From Octopus sinensis (lineage: Eukaryota): DNA of 64,000 bases. The stretch covers positions 63,054,001 to 63,118,000 of the forward strand of contig NC_043002.1 in assembly GCF_006345805.1 (NCBI RefSeq), given 5' to 3'. The position numbers and the translations under genes were made by a program. The notes below the pieces were generated by a model that ran no database searches, had not been told where the DNA came from, and was given only the letters and a program-made list of their open reading frames with translations. This document shows positions 12,996-25,999 of the stretch, in pieces (within the stretch, counting starts at the first letter, position 1; every line of letters starts with the position of its first letter).

Positions 12996-13203
12996 AGATT
13001 TAGCAAACCATATACATAGATTTATGTGTGGGTTGTGTGTGTGTGTTTACAGAATATGGGGCTTTAGTTCACTGGTTATCTAAACGAATACGTTTAAGTG
13101 AAGGTGTGTGTCATTGAGTTACGTTGGCTGGCACGGCGACTACAAAGCTTTTCAGGCAGCAGATGACTGGGGGGATTCGAAAGATGTGAAGAAATGCGTC
13201 TTT

Positions 13204-13478
13204 TCAGTAAAGCGCTTCTTTGTAGGCAACGTTTCTCGTTTTCCCTTCAGATGCACAAATGTATAGATTTTGTGGCCTGCCAACACGGGAGCATCCAACG
13301 TAAAGTTGACCGCGAGAGGACACTTGCTCTGTGAGATTTAAACCAACCATTTGGAGTGATTGACCTTGTGCTTTATTTACTGTCATTGCAAAGGAGGTTT
13401 TGATAGGAAATTGAAGCCGCTTAAACATGTATATCGTATCGTAGGGAGTGAGGGACGTTTGTGTTATAAGAACATCTT
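13204..13478 (-). pseudogene. Helitron Rep/Hel fragment (PIF1-like helicase C-terminus)
   Basis: FKRLQFPIKTSFAMTVNKAQGQSL...GQLYVGCSRV...GKTRNVAYKEAL matches PIF1-family helicase motifs V-VI as found in Helitrons. Confidence 0.9.
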
Positions 13479-13480
13479 AA

Positions 13481-13972
13481 CCAGCGGCCGGTCCACTCAA
13501 TTCTATTGGACCCCTGGCTAATCACGTCTCTTAAGGTACACACACATACATAGAACATACGAGGTCATGGTAGAAAAGTTTTACGATAGTTGATTTATGG
13601 AAAAGATTAAAAAGAAAATGAGGGCAAAAAGCACTCGTTTTTTCACAATGAAAAATCGTTTCCAAGTAGCCGGAATTTCGCGACAAAATGTATGTTTATT
13701 AAGCACTACAGCCTGCAGTGCATACCGCTGGGTATTACAAGCCAATCGCACAAACCTAGAGGAGCTCTGGGCCCCCTTGAATCGATAAAAATCACTCTTT
13801 TTGCCATAGCAACATCTTTATAGCTTGCGAATTTTAACCCTCGCGGGTCTCATTCTCACCACGCATTTAGTATCCCTGCCAATTTTCAGCTCGATCCTAG
13901 CCTCTCTTTGGACGTCATTAACCGTCAAAGCAAAATGTGCATACAATTTTCGTCCAAGGACTGTTTTATAGA
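13481..13972 (-). mobile_element. Probable non-autonomous Helitron
   Basis: Minus-strand 5' A^TC at 13972; possible 3' hairpin GGTCCA/TGGACC (13490-13512) and CTGG^T at 13481. Shares a 22-bp motif with 14361-14691. Confidence 0.45.
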
Positions 13973-13978
13973 TATATA

Positions 13979-14360
13979 CTAGCTGTATCCCCCGGCGTTA
14001 CTCGGGTTTGTTTCGATACTTTAGAATTGGAATTTTTGAAAAGTAAAACTTTTGCATTATGTAGCTTGCTATTCTCTTTAAATGAACATTTTTCCGGTTG
14101 AAATACACCGAAAAATGGCGACACAGCAGTGCTTAAAAAATAAGGATTTTCATAGAAAAATGCACATTTTTGATGTAAATAATTTTTGGTCTTAACAAGG
14201 TCCGATTTGAATTTTATCTACTTCGGAATGTAGAGCAAGCCTTCTTCAATCACACTCTCAATTTTGGTCAACTTGCGCCGCAGGGTCTCGGAGGAGATAG
14301 TGTTAGTTCAAGGCTACCAAACCTGCCACACACAGAAAACTTCAGATTTATATATATAGA
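13979..14360 (-). mobile_element. Non-autonomous Helitron with intact termini
   Basis: Minus strand: A^TCTATATAT...hairpin CCCG/CGGG (13991-14006)...CTAG^T. Inserted between A and T with no TSD. Confidence 0.8.
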
Positions 14361-14691
14361 TTTTGTTTTTCGAAAAACTCCTAAAATTGAACATGTTTTC
14401 GCCCATTTTTCCGTTGCTATCGTGCAAATACGCGCACAGTCACGCGTAGAATCCAATATGTTGCTTGAACACAACTCAAGGCAATAGTGTATGACATCCA
14501 CTCACTCGCAGAAAATGCATTATTTCGGGCCTTTCTTATCAAGATAGAGACTTGAAACCTACTCTGGCCGTAACTACACCACCCCTTCTATAAGTGTGTC
14601 AATTTTCAGGTCGATCCTAGCACGTCTAGTGCCATTGAATCCTTACCAAAGCCAAAGTGTGCAAGTCTTTTTCCTATTTTATATAGGTAGA
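14361..14691 (-). mobile_element. Non-autonomous Helitron, 3'-truncated
   Basis: 5' A^TCTACCTATATAAAA at 14691. CAATTTTCAG(G/C)TCGATCCTAGC lies ~70 bp from the TC end, as in 13481-13972. Confidence 0.5.
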
Positions 14692-14981
14692 TAAGGATGA
14701 GACATGTGTTATGTGGTCCGTAATTCATATGTTATTGTTTTGGCATATCCGCTGATGGGAACTTCGCCTAGCAAATTACTTTATTTGGTAATTAAAGTTG
14801 GAAACCCGAGGTCCGGCTGTAAAACATGGTAAAAGTTTTTATTTTCTATTCCCTTCGAAATTGCTCTAAACTGTGGTTTGGACTTTTTGACTGTTCTTTC
14901 TAGTATGCCAGGCGTCTTGTTAAGGCTCTCCTCTTTGTGTTTAAATACATACAAATCTTATATATATATATTTATATATAG

Positions 14982-16197
14982 TGTTACGGTTGGCTAGGTG
15001 CATTTCTGGTGACCCACATAGGAACAATGGTTCCAGTATGTCTGGTGAAAAGTGACGGGTCCTTTGTCTAGTGGGAGATTAATGAGACCTTTCTGACCTT
15101 GTGCGGGTGAATTAGGGGTCGCTCTGGACACCCCTTGAATATGTCGTGAGAGAGGATGAGGGGGCAGAGAGGGACAAGCAGAGAGTATGGTAGAGCTGTC
15201 AAGAGAGGGTAATAGGCAGCAGGCGATAGAGATAGACAGGCTAAGGGATCAGAGAGCGGATGGAGAGGCTAAGAGTCTGGCAGGCGATAGCGATAGAGTA
15301 AGAGCAGAGGGCAAATAGAAAGGATAAGCAGTAAGGGACGGATGGAGAGGGTAAGAGACAGCAGGCGATATAGATAGGGTATAAGGACCAGGGCAGTTAG
15401 AGAGGGTGTGAGCGGTACAGAGGGAGATGAGGGGAGTGGAGGAAAGGCAGGACAAGGAAGTGTGGTTCTAAGAGTTCGTGGCTGGTCGTCGAAGAAGAGA
15501 GACGGACTCTGGAGGTCAGAGCGAGTGGATGGAATCTTGGAAGCGTTGGGATTCTTGGGAGCGAGCTGGGATGCGATAGCTTGGCGGCACTGATTGGGAT
15601 ATGTGCAGAGGGAATATGTACAGAAGGATTTAGCAGTATTCAGAGGAATTAGCAGGATTGAGAGGAATGGGACACTGGCAGATTCAATTAGGAATTGAGG
15701 TATGTGTTTGTGCATTGATATGTGTCACGGTGTATTGAACAGCGAAAAGAACAGTCAAGGACTCTGTCGATGTGGTCGATAAAGGACATTGTGAAGAAGA
15801 AGAGTAAAGGACTTGTTGATTGTGATGTTTAGGAAGAGACTTTAAAGAACTGTTGTCTTGGGACGTGTACTCTTGAATTGTTACATGATGTTGTATTATG
15901 CTTTGAGTTGTACTCTTGAAATGCTGTTGTATTATGTATTGAGTAGTCACGTGCATGCTTTGATGTATCTTGATGTTGTAACAATTGTAATTGTATAAAC
16001 TGTTGTTTGAATATAAGCCAGTGTTGCCAGTTGTTGCCTTGCCTCTTTGGGTTGTATCTCGGGTTGTGCCTCTGTATCTCTGTGCTGTTGAGGTTGTGGC
16101 AGTATCTATCTGTATCTCCTCTCTCCGCCTCTTTGGGTTCCGTGGCGGAACTTGTGTGAGCCGTTCGGGACGGGCGACGACGGGTGATTCCGTAACA
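14982..16197. mobile_element. Probable solo LTR (TG...CA)
   Basis: Terminal inverted TGTTACGG / CCGTAACA; flanks ATAG / ATAT (imperfect 4-bp TSD); GC-richer than its surroundings; no coding domain. Confidence 0.6.
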
Positions 16198-16496
16198 ATA
16201 TATTTACTGGCGAAAATAAACTTAAGACCGATGATAAAAGTTCTATTTCTTACAAAATATTTTGTTACAAACAACATACAAATTATTTTTATCTTTTACA
16301 CCTTATGCATAATTTATTTCTCTTTCGAATGATGCAGACAATAACTATTTTTATACAACTTGAAGAATTCTAATGCTAAATTAATATAAACGTTTCAAAT
16401 TTACCGGCAAAATTAGTTTAAGACTGTATCATTATAATTTTATTTAAAACCTTTATTTAAAAATTGAAACCCATCAGTGACTTTTGGGACAATCAG

Positions 16497-16587
<91 letters not shown>

Positions 16588-17159
16588 ATTTGTTTGTTGG
16601 TTTTTCTTTCTTTCAGTTATTTATTCTTTCCTTATTCTCTTTTTTTTTAAACTTCTTTCTCTCTGGCACATTTTTCTTGTCTCTATTTACTTAATGGTTA
16701 CCTTTAAGATATATCTACATCAGCTTCAGGTATTATGTCTTATAATTATACTCAGTGTATTGATTCCATTATATATATATATATTAACTTTTTAATCTCC
16801 GACATTATTTTATTCAGAAACTAATCTTTTTTTTTTTTTTTGACCCATCCTCTCACAAGTCTACTAAGGTTTCTTAAATACTTATTGTGCCAATTGAGAC
16901 TACGCTTCTTATCAAAATGTGAAACTCTTAAGTACAGATATTTATTCTTCGTCATATTTATTCGCTTTTCTCACACTCACTGTATTTTTCCTGATAACTC
17001 TCCTTAACGTCCCTCTCACTTTCTATCTCTAACTCTCTATCTAAATATAAATGTGTGTATGTGTGTTTATGTAGGTGACTGCGTGTATAGTCACCCATTT
17101 ATCAATTTATCTATCGATTTATCTGGCTGCTGTTAACCTGCTTGTCTGTCTGTCTGTTT

Positions 17160-17160
17160 G

Positions 17161-17193
<33 letters not shown>

Positions 17194-17202
17194 ATATCTA
17201 TT

Positions 17203-17275
<73 letters not shown>

Positions 17276-17278
17276 CTA
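17160..17278. repeat. (TCTA)n microsatellite
   Basis: Direct reading. Confidence 0.95.
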
Positions 17279-18010
17279 TGTTTTTTTGTGTGGTGCCCAT
17301 GTGTGTTCAGGCATATAATATATGTAAAATAATGTAAGGACCATTAAAAACACACTGTTCCGATATTCTCTCAGTGCAGAAGATCCATCTGCCTTCGATG
17401 CACACGTTAGGAAGATATTTATAGGTTTACTGTGTGCTTCTGTGTGCGTGGGTATATGTGTTTGCGTGCGTGTATGTGTGTGTGTTAGACTGTATAAATA
17501 AGAGAAACAGCGAGAAGAACAGAAATAAGATGAGATCCATTACAGCTGGATGCATTTCACCATTTTTCAATTGAATTCTCCGTAAATTGACCCAGGAAGA
17601 ATCCTCGACATATTGGCTTCCTTGAATTATGCAGAGAAAATTTTGAACTCCTGCGCCAAATTTACAAAGACGTATTTTATATGATTGCGACACTTTTTGG
17701 AATCAAACAAACTTCCCGACTTAATAGACACAAATATAGAAAAATGCGACTAAGTAGCTAAAGGTAAAATAGATGTTGTATTAAAGTCAGTATAAAAACA
17801 CTTGATATCATGTGCGGACTAAAAAATAGTAATTTGCATATTAAGATAAATCAATTCTGAAAACAACATAATCATCTTCCTCCAATGATATTGACGGCAC
17901 AAACTTTTGACCTGGAAGAATTTGGCACTTTTCTGGAATTTTTGTGAGTACCCTTTTCATTTTATAAATTATTTCATCTACTCTGTGAATTTCTGTTACA
18001 ATTCCTCCTA

Positions 18011-18440
18011 TAGGGGTAGGAATGGCTGTGTGGTAAGTAGCTTGCTTAAGAACCATATAGTTCCGGGGGTCAGTCCCACTGCGTGACACCTTGGGCAAGT
18101 GTCTTCTCCTAAAGTCTCGGGACAACCAAAGCCTCGTGAGTGGATTTGGTAGACAGAAACTGAAAGAATCCCGTCGTATATGTGTATTTATATATGTATA
18201 TGTATGTGTGTGTGTGTATGTTTATGTGTCTGTGTTTGTCCCGCCAATATCGCTTGACAACCAATGCTGGTGTGTTTACGTCCCCCTAACTTAGTGGTTC
18301 GGCAAAAGGGACCGATAGAATAAGTACTAGGCTTACAAAGAATAAGTCCTGGGGTCGTTTTTCTCGACTAAAAGGTGGTGCTCCAACATGGTCACAGTCA
18401 AATGACTGAAACATGTAAAAGACTAAAAGAGAATAAAGAG
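18011..18440 (+). mobile_element. SINE family B (tRNA head, CORE-like CCTTGGGCAAGT, internal TA/TG tract)
   Basis: GGCTGTGTGGTAAGTAGC...CACCTTGGGCAAGTGTCTTC...GATAGAATAAGTACTAGGCTTACAAAG...TGACTGAAAC; near full length. Confidence 0.85.
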
Positions 18441-19107
18441 TATATATTCCTGACATTCTCTGTAGTATTTCTATAGTATTAGTGCCATGGCTTTCTCTTC
18501 ATATATGCCGATCCAAAATATCACAAAGTTCTCTGCTTCCTTTGTCGTTAACCACCTAACTGTCTTGCAGCTGTCTTCTAATGTTACTGCAAATTTCATA
18601 TTCAGGAAAATTACTTGTCTTACTTTTAATTATTAATTTGAGTAATATTTATTGTTCTAGATCATAATTCATTTAACTATTTCCGTGATTTTATTTGTGA
18701 GTCTGTTAATATTGGCTGTAACTAACCTCAAGTATTTTCGATTTCAAATTTTCTCTTCCTCTCTTTTCTATTCCTACTGCTATATATGAAATCACTGCAT
18801 TTAGACTCTTTTATCTAAAACTTCTACCCTGTCTCTTTATACTATTTTCAACGCTATGGTGATTTTCCTTTTCAATTTCTACATTATAAAACAACTGTCC
18901 ATCGCAGGATAACTCTTTTGTAGCTGAGCGATCTAGAGAAATATGAGATGAAGTGGTGTGCACAAAAAAATCAACGTAAAGCTATATCCATGTAATGTAA
19001 CTACAATCTTATGATTGTAAGGGCAAGGCACAAAGACACTAACTATCAGGTCATGCGTCAAAACTTAACTTACATTCTTATTACAGATATTTCTTTTTTT
19101 TTGCCCG

Positions 19108-19305
19108 ATAGAGGCGACAAATAAGGACAGACACAGGATTAAGTCGATTTCATCCTCCCCAGTACGTAACTGGTACTTATTTAATCGACCCCAAAGGGAT
19201 GAAAGGCAAAGTCGACCTCAGAGGAATTTGAACTCAGAAAGTAACGGCAGGCGAAATACAGCTAAGCATTTCACCCGGAGTACGATTCTAGTAGCTCGTC
19301 GCTCT
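19108..19305 (-). mobile_element. SINE family A
   Basis: GAAAGGCAAAGTCGACCTC...GAATTTGAACTCAGAA. Confidence 0.8.
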
Positions 19306-19879
19306 ATTGTTATTGCACATATTCTAGCTAGAGAAAAGAAGTGTCACTAGAAATTATAACAGACTGTATTTATTATATATAGCATTAAAGCGGTGGTCTT
19401 TTAGAATAGTTTGCATGCCAGAGAAGCTGTTTTGCTGCATTTGTTTTTTTAAGTTCTGAGTTCAATTTCCACCGAAGTCCACTTTATTTTTAATCCATTC
19501 GGAGTGGATTAAATAACTAACAGTAGAGTTCTGATATCGCTGTAAGGCATTAAACAGCTGCACCTACACCAAATATCACGTCTTTTTGCACTGCATAACA
19601 TAAACCATTAATCGTCTTGTTACGATAAGTAGTGTTCTAGGATATGATACGGATAAAGCTGCTGTAGCTACTTATCTATCTACATTTTAAGCCTGCTTCA
19701 GTTTTAAAAGCCTTTGAAAAATGATGCCTTGATTTCTAAATGATCCTACTCTCACTAAGGTTTTTAGACGTTCTTTTAACTGAGAAACCATCCGGCTTCC
19801 CTTTTACAACATCGATAAAACAGATGCAGTGCGCTTGTATTAGACAATACCTAATAGTTCCCCCTGTGTTGAAAAATAT

Positions 19880-20270
19880 ACAAAAATTGTTATTTATTTC
19901 AACAGATCGGTCATCTCTGTGTCACTTTGTACCTATATGGTTCTGGGTTCAGTCTGTTAGCGCTGTAACTTGGGCAAGCATCTTCTATTATAGCGCCAGG
20001 CTGATTAATGCCCTGTAAGACAATTTGATTGAAGAAAACTCTGTGTGCGTGAGTATGTGTGTTTGTGATTCTGTGTCTTTATTCGTACCAAGAGATCTTG
20101 CCAATAATTGTTGGCTTGTTTACCTCACAGAAATTTAGCGGCTCAGCAAAAGAGAACGATAGAATAAGGACTACATTTGAAAATAAGTACATGGGTCGAT
20201 TTAGTCATCTAAGCTCTTTAGGTCATGGCCAAGCAGGGCTGCACTCCATTGAGTGAACCAAGTATAAATA
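19880..20270 (+). mobile_element. SINE family B, decayed
   Basis: TTCTGGGTTCAGTC...TTGGGCAAG..TCTTCTATTATAGC and a decayed tail (GATAGAATAAGGACTAC). Confidence 0.55.
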
Positions 20271-20942
20271 CGATAAATGCCTAAGTGATATGAGTTGCAG
20301 ATTCATTCAATGCTTAATTTAAATATTTTCTTTTAAATAGACAAAGTAGTCTTCTATTTAACGTTTAGTTTGTGTATTTCAGTGGGGTTTATATGAAGGA
20401 CAAGGTATCTCTGTTCCCGAAACTATTTTTCAAGTGATACATTTCTTTTGTATAACCCGATACTCTGCTACAAAAACATTTTTGTTTGATACTATTAGCG
20501 TTTAATTATTTGTCTGAACACAAATGTTGATAGTGCGAAATATAGTTTAAGTGGAGTCTAATGGCTTTTAGTTTTCGAAACACGACATTAATTGTAGCTA
20601 TGTCAGAAGTCGAGTAGTTAATAGCATTATTTTCATTTGCTTATGTTAAGAATTGTTAATTCTAGTACTGACTGCAATAAACTAACCTCCCAGATATACG
20701 ACAAAGTAAGGCGATGTGAGATCAAATTAACGGAGGCGACAATGTGGTGGACTGAGATGAAATCAAGTAACACGTACAACAGATATTAATATCGATGTAT
20801 AATATTTAGAGAAAGAATTAATTGTGCAACAATTATTAACGATGTATTCATCTACAATATTTTGTGTGGGTGTGTATTATTTTCTTCTGTTTCGATTTTT
20901 ACCTTTCGTGTTCTATAGTTTTAAATTTTTATTATTTTTTTT

Positions 20943-21292
20943 ACTCTAGGCACGAGGCCCGAAATTTTTGAGGACGGGACCTGTTGATTAGATCGACCCC
21001 AGTACGCAGCTGGTACTTAATTTATCGACACCGAAAGGATGAATGGCAAAGTTGACGTCGGCGGAATTGGAACTCAGAACGTAACGGCAGACGAAATACG
21101 GCTACGCATTTCGCCCGGCGTGTTAACGTTTCTGCTAGTTCACCGCCTTCCTAGAGTGAAATATTCTACTCTAGGAACAAGGCCCGAAATTTTGGGTGAC
21201 GGGACCAGTCGATTAGATCAAACCTCAATACGAAACTGGTACTTAATTCATCGACCCCGAAAGGATGAAAGGCTAAGTCGACCTCGGTGGAT
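20943..21292 (-). mobile_element. Two tandem SINE family A pieces
   Basis: TACTCTAGG.ACAAGGCCCGAAATTTT repeated at ~20943 and ~21170; both bodies are on the minus strand. Confidence 0.8.
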
Positions 21293-21654
21293 CTGTTTTC
21301 CATTTTAATGGAAGGAATGAGAATAGCGCCTTGTACATCTGCATTATATCATACATATTTGAATTGATGAACTTGAAAAATAGCTTCGTGAAGAGAGGTA
21401 CGTTGTCTTTCATTCTTATTCTCAGTCAATTTCTGTTTTTTTACATCGCCCAAACTTTGTTCTTGTCTGATATTTATACACATCTCTCCACTTCTGTAGT
21501 TACAATCGTCTCTTCGTAACGTTTTTATGCGTTATTACAAAATACGTTGTAATTTCAGTTTTTCTTACATAAATTATGTTAAGTCACTCAAAAATATGAT
21601 TTCAATATCCATTCATAGGCGTTGCTCATTTCGGTGTTCAGCATTATTCGTTTA

Positions 21655-22045
21655 TGTTTTTGCTTGTTTTAGTCATTTGTCACTGGCCATGATGGAGCAT
21701 CGCCTTTAGTCGCACAAATTGACCCCAGGACTTATTCTTTGTAAGTCTAGTACTTATTCTATCGGTCTCTTTTGCCGAACTTCTAAGTTACAGGGACGTA
21801 AACACATGATCATCGGTTGTAAAGCGATGGTGGTGGTGACAAACACAGACACACAAATACACACACACACATTCACACATACATATACATATACATATAT
21901 ATATACGACGGGTTTCTTTCAGATTTCCGTCTGCCAAATCCACTCTTCGCCCTAAGCCATAGTAAAAGACACTGTCCCAAAGTGCCACGCAGTGGGATTG
22001 AACCAGGGACCAAGCTTCTTACCACGCAGCCACTCCTGCCCCTGC
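21655..22045 (-). mobile_element. SINE family B, near full length
   Basis: Reverse complement of 18011-18440. Confidence 0.85.
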
Positions 22046-23319
22046 GTCAAAATTATCTCAAAATATTTTCAGTAAACATTTGTTCTACGTGCTTCATTCT
22101 AGTCTGCTCTTTTTGAAAATTATGTGAGTTAATTTCATAAAGGTTTGTCCATAAATGAAACTAATGTTCTTTTAATTTGCTGCTTCAATATTGTATTCAT
22201 CATCTCTGATTCTAAATATCTCACGTCAAATATTATTTGCTCGTTTGGTTTACTTCCACTGGACTCTAGAAGCCATATAATAACCCATTGGCAGCCCTAA
22301 GTCTCACTGCCGGTTGTTCGTTGTATTTGAAGGGAATTGCTTCTGTACATTGCATATGCAGGGGTGCAATTAACACCTCTGCAGAAGTAGTTAAAGTAGT
22401 TAAAGTTTATCATTATTAATTCTGACTAATTCTAGAACACATGTTATGTCATAAATCGCAATTTGTGACCTTCAAAAGTATTGACTGCTTTGAAAACTTT
22501 GTTCTATATCATTCATTGATATTTCATATACATTCGCATTTGATACTATGGTTTCAAAAAAAAAAAAAGAAACTAAAATGTTTGTTATTGCAATTGAATA
22601 TAAAAGGATAAATATGATTTTCTTCAGCGATCCACATTCGAGACTTTTCGAAAAATATATCAAAATTTCCCAAATAATTCACATATGAAGAAAATTTAAC
22701 TACTGTATATAATTTTAACTCCTAGCAAAACCAAAAAATATGAATTGAAAAAATTTGACAGTTAATGGTTTAAAATAAACAAGAAGGAAATAACAGTAGC
22801 TAGTACTTTAAAGCTTTAATGTCAAATTTTCTTGAAAAAATAATACACCACTGTGCATCTCAGGCATAGAACTATCCGTTAATTTTGTTGTTGAAAAGTG
22901 TAGTGCTAGAGATACAGTCAATAAACGGACTTATGAAATGGTATATTTTAAACTTATGTATTGAACATTTGGACGCGTTTACGTCTTGATGCACTGATAT
23001 AATTTAGGAGAAATGAAAACCAAACGTCTCTTAAATAACACTGTAACGCCGTTACACAAAGAAGAAGAAAAACAAGCATGTTTCAGGCTATTTACGGATT
23101 CTATCGTCTAACGTTGACCACGCAACACCATACATACATGCAAGGCAAGAAATAATTATTTAGAGGGGATTGCACATGAATTTAACAGGCTGGCAAACAC
23201 CAAAATATATCGTAAGCATTGAGAAGTATCTCTCTCTCTCTCTCTTTCTCTCCATTTATTTACACACACACATATATATATATACAAACACACAGACATA
23301 TATATATACATATTTTTTC

Positions 23320-23525
23320 TAATCTAGGCACACAGCCCGAAATTTGGCGGGAGGGGTCCAGTCCATTAGATCGGCCCCAGCATACAATTGGTACTTAATT
23401 TATCAACCCGGGAAAGATGAAAGGCAATGTCAATCACAGCGAAATTTGAGCTCAGAACGCAAAGACAGACGAAATACCATTGAGCATTTCAGCCGATGTG
23501 ATAACATTCCTGTCAGCTCGCCACA
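23320..23525 (-). mobile_element. SINE family A
   Basis: TCTAGGCACAGCCCGAAATTTGG...GCTCGCC. Confidence 0.75.
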
Positions 23526-23570
<45 letters not shown>

Positions 23571-23579
23571 TATATATAA

Positions 23580-23724
23580 TAATAATAAAAATAAAAATAA
23601 TAATAAAAATAATAATAATAATAAAAATAAAAATAATAATAAAAATAATAATAATATAAAAATAATAATAATAATATTAATATTAATAATAATAATATTA
23701 ATAATAATAAATAATAATAATAAT
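23580..23724. repeat. Imperfect (AAT)n tract upstream of RLE element
   Basis: Direct reading. Confidence 0.95.
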
Positions 23725-25375
23725 CCAACAACTCAAGGTCATACTAGCGATAGTCAAACAATTCAGTGGCGACATCAGAATGCAATTCGGCCTCGATAAA
23801 TGTACAAAAGCTACCTTTATCAAAGGAAAAATGACAGAAACATCTAACGTTAACCTTGACCAGCAGAATATCATAAAAGAACTAGACCCAGCGGAGAGCT
23901 ACAAGTACGTAGGGGTAATTGAAGGGAACGGAATAAGGCATTCAGAGATGAAGGAAAGGATCAGGAGAGAATGCTATCGAAGAGTGAGAGCAATACTCAA
24001 GACAGAGCTGAATGCAAGAAACAGGATCGAAGCGATCAATGCATTAGCCATACCAGTCGTGACTTACAGTTTCAATATCGTTAACTGGTCAATTACTGAA
24101 ATATGTCAGCTCGACAGAAAAATAAGAAAACTGTTGACAATGCATAGAATGCACCAGCCTAAGGCAGATACAGAACGACTTTATCTGCCAAGAAAAGAGG
24201 GAGGCCGTGGTCTTTTGCAACTGGCAGTAACAATGAAGATTGCTACAATTGGCCTAGACACCTACCTGAAAAAGTATGAGGACTGGATGTTAAAACTTGT
24301 CTCAAAACATGAAAACAAGAAAGCATCATACTCAATAAAAACCTCTCCATGGCAAATACCCAAAGAGAGCGAATTATGCAGATATTGACAAAGCCCTGAC
24401 CCATCAATGGCTAATGGCCTATGGCTTAAAATCTGAAACAGAGGGGTTTATCATAGCAGCTCAAGATCAATGCCTACCAACAAGAAACTACCAGGCCAAC
24501 ATATTAAAGAACGGCAGTAGCCCAACATGTCCTGTATGCCGACAACAAAATGAAACCATTGATCATGTTGTCTCCAAATACAGTCTTCTAAGGCATTCAG
24601 AGATGAAGGAAAGGATCAGGAGAGAATGCTATCGAAGAGTGAGAGCAATACTCAAGACAGAGCTGAATGTCTGAATGTCTCATCCAGAGAGTATATCAAC
24701 AGGCATGATAGAGCTGCACAATATATTCACTGGGTAATTTGCAAAAACCTGGATTTGCCCCATGAAAAAAACTGGTGGGAACACAATCCACCTCCAGTGC
24801 TTGAAAATGACCACATCTCACTCCTCTGGAACTTCACCATCCAAACTGACAGAAAGATAGATGCCAATAGGCCAGACATCTTATTGAAAGACTTCAAACA
24901 AAGAACATGCCTCCTCATTGATATGACTGTCCCAATTGATATAAACGTATCTGTCAAGACCTACCAAAAACTGAGCAAATATAAAGATCTTGAAATAGAA
25001 ATCAGCAAAATGTGGAACCTGAAGACTAAAACAATACCTGTTGTCATAGGTGTCCTTGGAATGATAGCAAAAGGGGCTGATTGCTACCTAATTCAGATAC
25101 CAGGAAACCCCAGAATGGCAGAAATTCAAAAGATAGTGCTTATGGGAACTGCTCATATCCTACGCAAAATACTCTCTATGTAATCCCAAGGTTTAAAACA
25201 GACTTATTTTTAAAATTTATGTATTAGACATTCACTAGTACAACACCAAAAAAACCCCCAAATATATGGCACACTAGGCATAACAACAACGTGAACTTCC
25301 AACCTGTTGTCTCTTGAGGTCTCTGGGTGAGACTTGGAGCCAACTTGTACAGACATAAAGCAAAAGTCAAACATA

Positions 25376-25377
<2 letters not shown>
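23725..25377 (+). mobile_element. 5'-truncated R4/Dong-type non-LTR retrotransposon (RT C-terminus, zinc knuckle, RLE)
   Basis: MQFGLDKC (RT), HQPKADTERLYLPRKEGGRGL, CPVC...ETIDHVVS, RHDRAAQYIHW, NRPDILL...IDMTVP...KLSKYKDL (PD-(D/E)xK RLE). (AAT)n on both sides; frameshifts and an internal deletion. Confidence 0.9.
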
Positions 25378-25423
<46 letters not shown>

Positions 25424-25769
25424 CAAATATTAGGTAGTATAACTTTTTTGTGATCTAGTTATATGTTTTAAAATACATTTTATTTTTCATTTATGATTTG
25501 GTTTATGGCTATCATTGTTTGAATTGCATAATGATAATCCATTCATGCCATGCAGAAAACAAACGACTGTCAGCGAAATACGAATCGACGCTACCGTTCC
25601 ACAGAACACGGTTCTGAACAAAATTATTCCCTACAAGCACACGTTTGGTTTGTAATATATATATATAAGTGTGTGTGTGTGTGTTTGTGTGTGCATGTGT
25701 GTGTGTCTGTGTGTGCGTGTCTGTGTGTGTGTATATACATGTGTGTATCCATCTATCTATCTATCTATC

Positions 25770-25800
<31 letters not shown>

Positions 25801-25850
25801 CTATATATATATATATAATATATATATATATATATACATATATATATTAG

Positions 25851-25881
<31 letters not shown>

Positions 25882-25917
25882 TCTATATATATATATATTA
25901 TATATATATATATATAT

Positions 25918-25956
<39 letters not shown>

Positions 25957-25999
25957 TTACATATATTTGAGTAGTTGGATGAATTATCTTATTAAGGAT

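Noticed and set aside
17530-17990. Open stretches with splice-like signals on both strands
   Set aside because: Frames conflict or contain stops; no recognisable domain.
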